NCBI GenBank assembly: GCA_033764015.1 | Contig: JANRJK010000036.1 | Location: forward strand, 160,001 to 224,000 | Reading direction: 5' to 3' | Length of the DNA: 64,000 bases | Origin: Candidatus Sumerlaeia bacterium | Lineage (GTDB): Bacteria; Sumerlaeota; Sumerlaeia; SLMS01; JANRJK01 | Part shown: positions 60,954 to 64,000 of the stretch, piece by piece | Layout: the number at the start of each line of letters is the position of its first letter | How positions within the stretch are numbered: the stretch's first letter is position 1 | Translations under genes and position numbers: made by a program | Notes under the pieces: model-generated | Database searches by the model: none | Seen by the model: only the letters and a program-made list of their open reading frames with translations | Told to the model about the DNA's origin: nothing

Positions 60954-61131
60954 CTTGCGGGTGAGGCTATGGGCAGGGGCCCGCACACGCAAGCGGTATC
61001 AGGGTTTCCCCGGACACCGGCAAGGACCAGCGAAGATCGGCTGGCTTTGTGCTTCCAATCGGGAGGAACGGATGTTACAATTCTAGACACGCAGCGGATC
61101 TGCTGCGAAACGCCCCTCCCGGAGACCGTCG

Positions 61132-61386
61132 ATGCGCTACCTTGGCCGTGAAGAGAACCACCTGCTGGGCCTGTCGCTGGCGGAAATGAAGATCATGTAC
61201 CGGTGCATCTGGAACGAGCTGAAGGCGACGGGAACGCTCGGGATCGATGAAGAGGCGAGCGACCTGCTGCATGACCTGCAGACGGTGCTGCAGGCGGAGG
61301 CGACGCGGAGCGGTGTCGAACTGGCGAACCACTCGGAGTGGGCGGACTTCGTCGGGATCGACGGCGGGTCTTGCACCCGGCGCTGA
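61132..61386 (+). CDS. Small hypothetical protein
   Basis: GGAG RBS; 84 aa with helical, coding-like composition. Confidence 0.6.
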   Translation: MRYLGREENHLLGLSLAEMKIMYRCIWNELKATGTLGIDEEASDLLHDLQTVLQAEATRSGVELANHSEWADFVGIDGGSCTRR

Positions 61387-61455
61387 GCGCGCGGCCCCTT
61401 GACCGCAATGCCGGGCGCGCTGCGCCCTGAACCAACCCGCAAAGGACTGCCCACG

Positions 61456-61887
61456 ATGGGTTTCTTCAGCAAGCTGTTCGGCGGCAAGGACGCCGCTCCC
61501 GCTCCGAAGGCGGACGCCAAACCCGCGAGCCCGGCGGGGGGGTCTTCTCAATGGGAAGGCAACGCGGGCGTTCCCCAGGAACTGGCCGCGTCGGAAGTGC
61601 AGGCGCTGTTGAAGGGGGCGGAGCCGCCGCTGCTGATCGACGTCCGCGAGGACCACGAGCTTGCGGCGTCGGGGTGGATCCCGGGAAGCAAGCACATCCC
61701 CATGCACTCGATCCAGGGGGTGGCGGCGACCGAGCTGGATCCGCAGCGGCACGTGGTGGTCTACTGCGCGTCGGGAATGCGCAGCATGGAGGTCGGGGCC
61801 TTCCTTTTGGAGCAGGGCTTCCGGCAGGTAAGCAATTTGAACGGTGGCTTGAACGCCTGGACGGGCCCGGTCGAGCGGGCATCCTGA
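61456..61887 (+). CDS. Rhodanese-like sulfurtransferase
   Basis: IDVRE..E...IPGSKHIP, VYCASGMRS, LNGGLNAW; AAAGGA RBS. Confidence 0.92.
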   Translation: MGFFSKLFGGKDAAPAPKADAKPASPAGGSSQWEGNAGVPQELAASEVQALLKGAEPPLLIDVREDHELAASGWIPGSKHIPMHSIQGVAATELDPQRHVVVYCASGMRSMEVGAFLLEQGFRQVSNLNGGLNAWTGPVERAS

Positions 61888-61903
61888 ACGAAGGAGCGGC
61901 ACC

Positions 61904-62419
61904 ATGAATCGCACCATCCCGATTGTCGCGGCGACGCTGCTGGCGGTCGCCGGCGCGTCCGCGCAGGGAACCCAACGGACGGCCACCGCGGGCGAGACGG
62001 TTTTCGTCAGCTCGCGGGAGGCGGTACTGCGGCAGACATCCTCGCCGAGTTCGCCGGTGGTGGCCACGCTCGGCCAAGGCGCCGCGCTGACCGTGCGCGA
62101 GGTGCAGGGCCTGCGCTACCTGGTCGAGACCGGCACCGGGCAGCGCGGCTACATCGTGCGCTTGAACACGTCGGCGACGCGCCCCCGGACGACGACGGAC
62201 GGGATGGGCGGGCTGCTGCGCGACGACCGCGGGGCGGCGGAGCAGCGCACCTCGGGCTCGATCCGCGGCCTGCGTCCGGAAGCCATCAAGATGCGCGAGG
62301 ACGGCGAAGTGGGCAGCGCCACGGTGGACGACGTCACGGCGATGCAGGATCTGGCGGCGTCGATCACGGACGCGGAAATCGACGCGTTCAACGCCGAGGG
62401 CGGGGTGGTGGCGCCATGA
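61904..62419 (+). CDS. Secreted bacterial SH3-domain protein
   Basis: Signal peptide; VLRQTSS.SSPVVATL..G...GYI SH3b pattern; TSGSIRGL. Confidence 0.72.
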   Translation: MNRTIPIVAATLLAVAGASAQGTQRTATAGETVFVSSREAVLRQTSSPSSPVVATLGQGAALTVREVQGLRYLVETGTGQRGYIVRLNTSATRPRTTTDGMGGLLRDDRGAAEQRTSGSIRGLRPEAIKMREDGEVGSATVDDVTAMQDLAASITDAEIDAFNAEGGVVAP

Positions 62420-63294
62420 ACAAGCTCATGACCGCGGGGCTCGCGGCGGCGCTGCTCGCCGCCGCGGGATGCACGGGAACGCTCGATTCGTCGGCGCTCC
62501 AGGAGTCGATCCGGACCGGTTTCGAGATCGCCGGCAACCGGGAGCAGGGGGAGCAGGCGGCCTCGGCGACGGGCGACCTGCTGGGAACGTTCGCGCCGCT
62601 GCCGCCGGAGCAGGAGCGGGCGCTCGGCGAAGGGATCGCGCTCACCGCGCTCGAGACGCACGGCGCGCGGCTTCCCGACGAGGCGCTGCAGCGTTACGTG
62701 AACCTTGTGGGGCGTAGCGTCGCGCGGGCGGCGTCGCGGGCGGAGCTGACCTACATGGTCGCCGTGACCGACTCGGACGGCTACAATGCGTTCGCGGGTC
62801 CGGGGGGGTACGTGTTCGTCACGCGCGGACTTGTCGGGCTGATGCGCAACGAGGCGGAACTGGCCGGCGTGATCGCCCATGAGATCGCGCACCTGGAGAA
62901 GCGGCACCTGGAGCAGTCGATGCGCCGCGAGCAGTTCTTCCGCGGCCTGCAGACGGCGCTCCGCGCGGGGGGCAACGACACGGACTACGGACAGGCGGTC
63001 GGTTTCGGGCAGGACATCCTGTTCACGCGAGGCTACGAGCCGAGGTTCGAGTTCGAGGCGGACGCGCTCGGCGCGCAGATCGCCGCGGCGGCGGGCTACG
63101 ATCCGAACGGCCTGCGGGACCTGCTGGCGCGGCTCGGCCAGCAGCAGGCGCAGAACGGCGGATGGCTACAGACGCATCCTGCCTCATCGCGCCGGGTGGC
63201 GGAATTGAACCGCATGCTGGGCGAGGGGCTTGGCTCACTGGGCGGCGCGGTGAACGAGGAGCGGTTCCAGCGCGCGACCGCCTCTATCCGGTAG
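62416..63294 (+). CDS. M48 family metalloprotease, lipoprotein
   Basis: Lipobox AAGC; NAFA.PGG, EAELAGVIAHEIAH, EFEAD, THP. Confidence 0.93.
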   Translation: MNKLMTAGLAAALLAAAGCTGTLDSSALQESIRTGFEIAGNREQGEQAASATGDLLGTFAPLPPEQERALGEGIALTALETHGARLPDEALQRYVNLVGRSVARAASRAELTYMVAVTDSDGYNAFAGPGGYVFVTRGLVGLMRNEAELAGVIAHEIAHLEKRHLEQSMRREQFFRGLQTALRAGGNDTDYGQAVGFGQDILFTRGYEPRFEFEADALGAQIAAAAGYDPNGLRDLLARLGQQQAQNGGWLQTHPASSRRVAELNRMLGEGLGSLGGAVNEERFQRATASIR

Positions 63295-63346
63295 CGTCCA
63301 CCGTTCGACCTTGAGCCATTGGGCCCGCGCGCCATCCACTGGCGGC

Positions 63347-64000
63347 ATGAGCGAGCCGCAGCAACCGACAGAACAGACAGCCGCGCCAGCGCCGGAGCTG
63401 CGGCGCCGGCGGCGCTGGCCGCGTGCGCTCGCAGCGCTCGCCGGCGGTGGCGCGGTTCTACTGCTCCTCGCGCCGACGCTGGCGACCACCCGCCCGGTGC
63501 TGTCGCAGGTCGAGCGCATCGCCGCGGCGAAGCTAGGCACGCCGGTCGAGATCGGCGCGCTCCGCGCCGGGTGGCTTCGGGAGGTCTCGCTGGAATCGCT
63601 CGCGGTAGGGCCCAAGGGGGGGCGGCTGCTCGAGGTCGAGGGCGTCCGAGTGCCGCTTTCGTTGCTGGACGCGCTCGGCGGCGCACCGTTCACGGTCTCG
63701 GAGCTTGAGGTGGACTCGATCCGCGCGGCGTACCTGGTCGCAGCGGACGGGTCGACGAACGCGGACGCGCTGCTGGCTGCATTGGCGGCTCTCCCCGGGG
63801 ATGCGCAGCCATCGCCCGCGGCGGAGCCGTCCGGTCAGCCCGTGGTGCCGCTCGCGGCGCTCAGGCTGGTGGTGGGGCGCATCGAGCTCGCGTACCGCGA
63901 TGAGTCGAAGGCGCCCGCGGTGGACGCTGCGCTGGTCCTCGATGGCTTGCTGCTGGATTGGCCCGACACCGCGCAGGGTGTGCGTCTGTCCGCGGAGGGT
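63347..64000 (+). CDS. AsmA-like protein, N-terminal part (runs off the window)
   Basis: Own translation, not in track: MSEPQQ...RRRRRWPR, TM, AAAKLGTPVEIGAL.AGW...DGSTN; open to window end. Confidence 0.6.
   Translation, partial: MSEPQQPTEQTAAPAPELRRRRRWPRALAALAGGGAVLLLLAPTLATTRPVLSQVERIAAAKLGTPVEIGALRAGWLREVSLESLAVGPKGGRLLEVEGVRVPLSLLDALGGAPFTVSELEVDSIRAAYLVAADGSTNADALLAALAALPGDAQPSPAAEPSGQPVVPLAALRLVVGRIELAYRDESKAPAVDAALVLDGLLLDWPDTAQGVRLSAEG

Overview
High-GC bacterial chromosome segment (roughly 70% GC by eye, with three lower-GC islets) carrying about 40 protein genes. I found no rRNA, tRNA, CRISPR array or mobile element. The prepilin style (ELLVVVSIIAILSAIAVPNFLEAQTRSKVSR) and a C-terminal 'SVQDWELME' tail suggest, from recall only, Candidatus Sumerlaeota (BRC1) or a relative. 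Housekeeping content: a class B PBP, fabD, DUF167, aroC, pgk, iscS-iscU-iscA-hscB, an Opp/Dpp-type ABC module, a glycosyltransferase cluster, two Hanks kinases, an Amt-PAS-PAS fusion, a rhodanese and an SH3/M48 pair. The strongest candidate for an undescribed system is a translationally coupled minus-strand operon at 34245->22496. It encodes a pilin-like protein, a prodomain-like secreted protein, a 2476-aa Ca-binding adhesin whose metzincin motif lacks its His ligands, and a subtilase-like protein lacking its catalytic Asp. That last protein shares an unnamed ~170-aa C-terminal domain with a second large subtilase at 48638-54034. Also notable are a G11 tract inside a candidate promoter spacer ahead of a mosaic, Cys-rich secreted gene pair (possible phase variation), and a further degenerate peptidase (ABC-2/M1-like fusion). 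All family calls come from motif recognition, not database searches.
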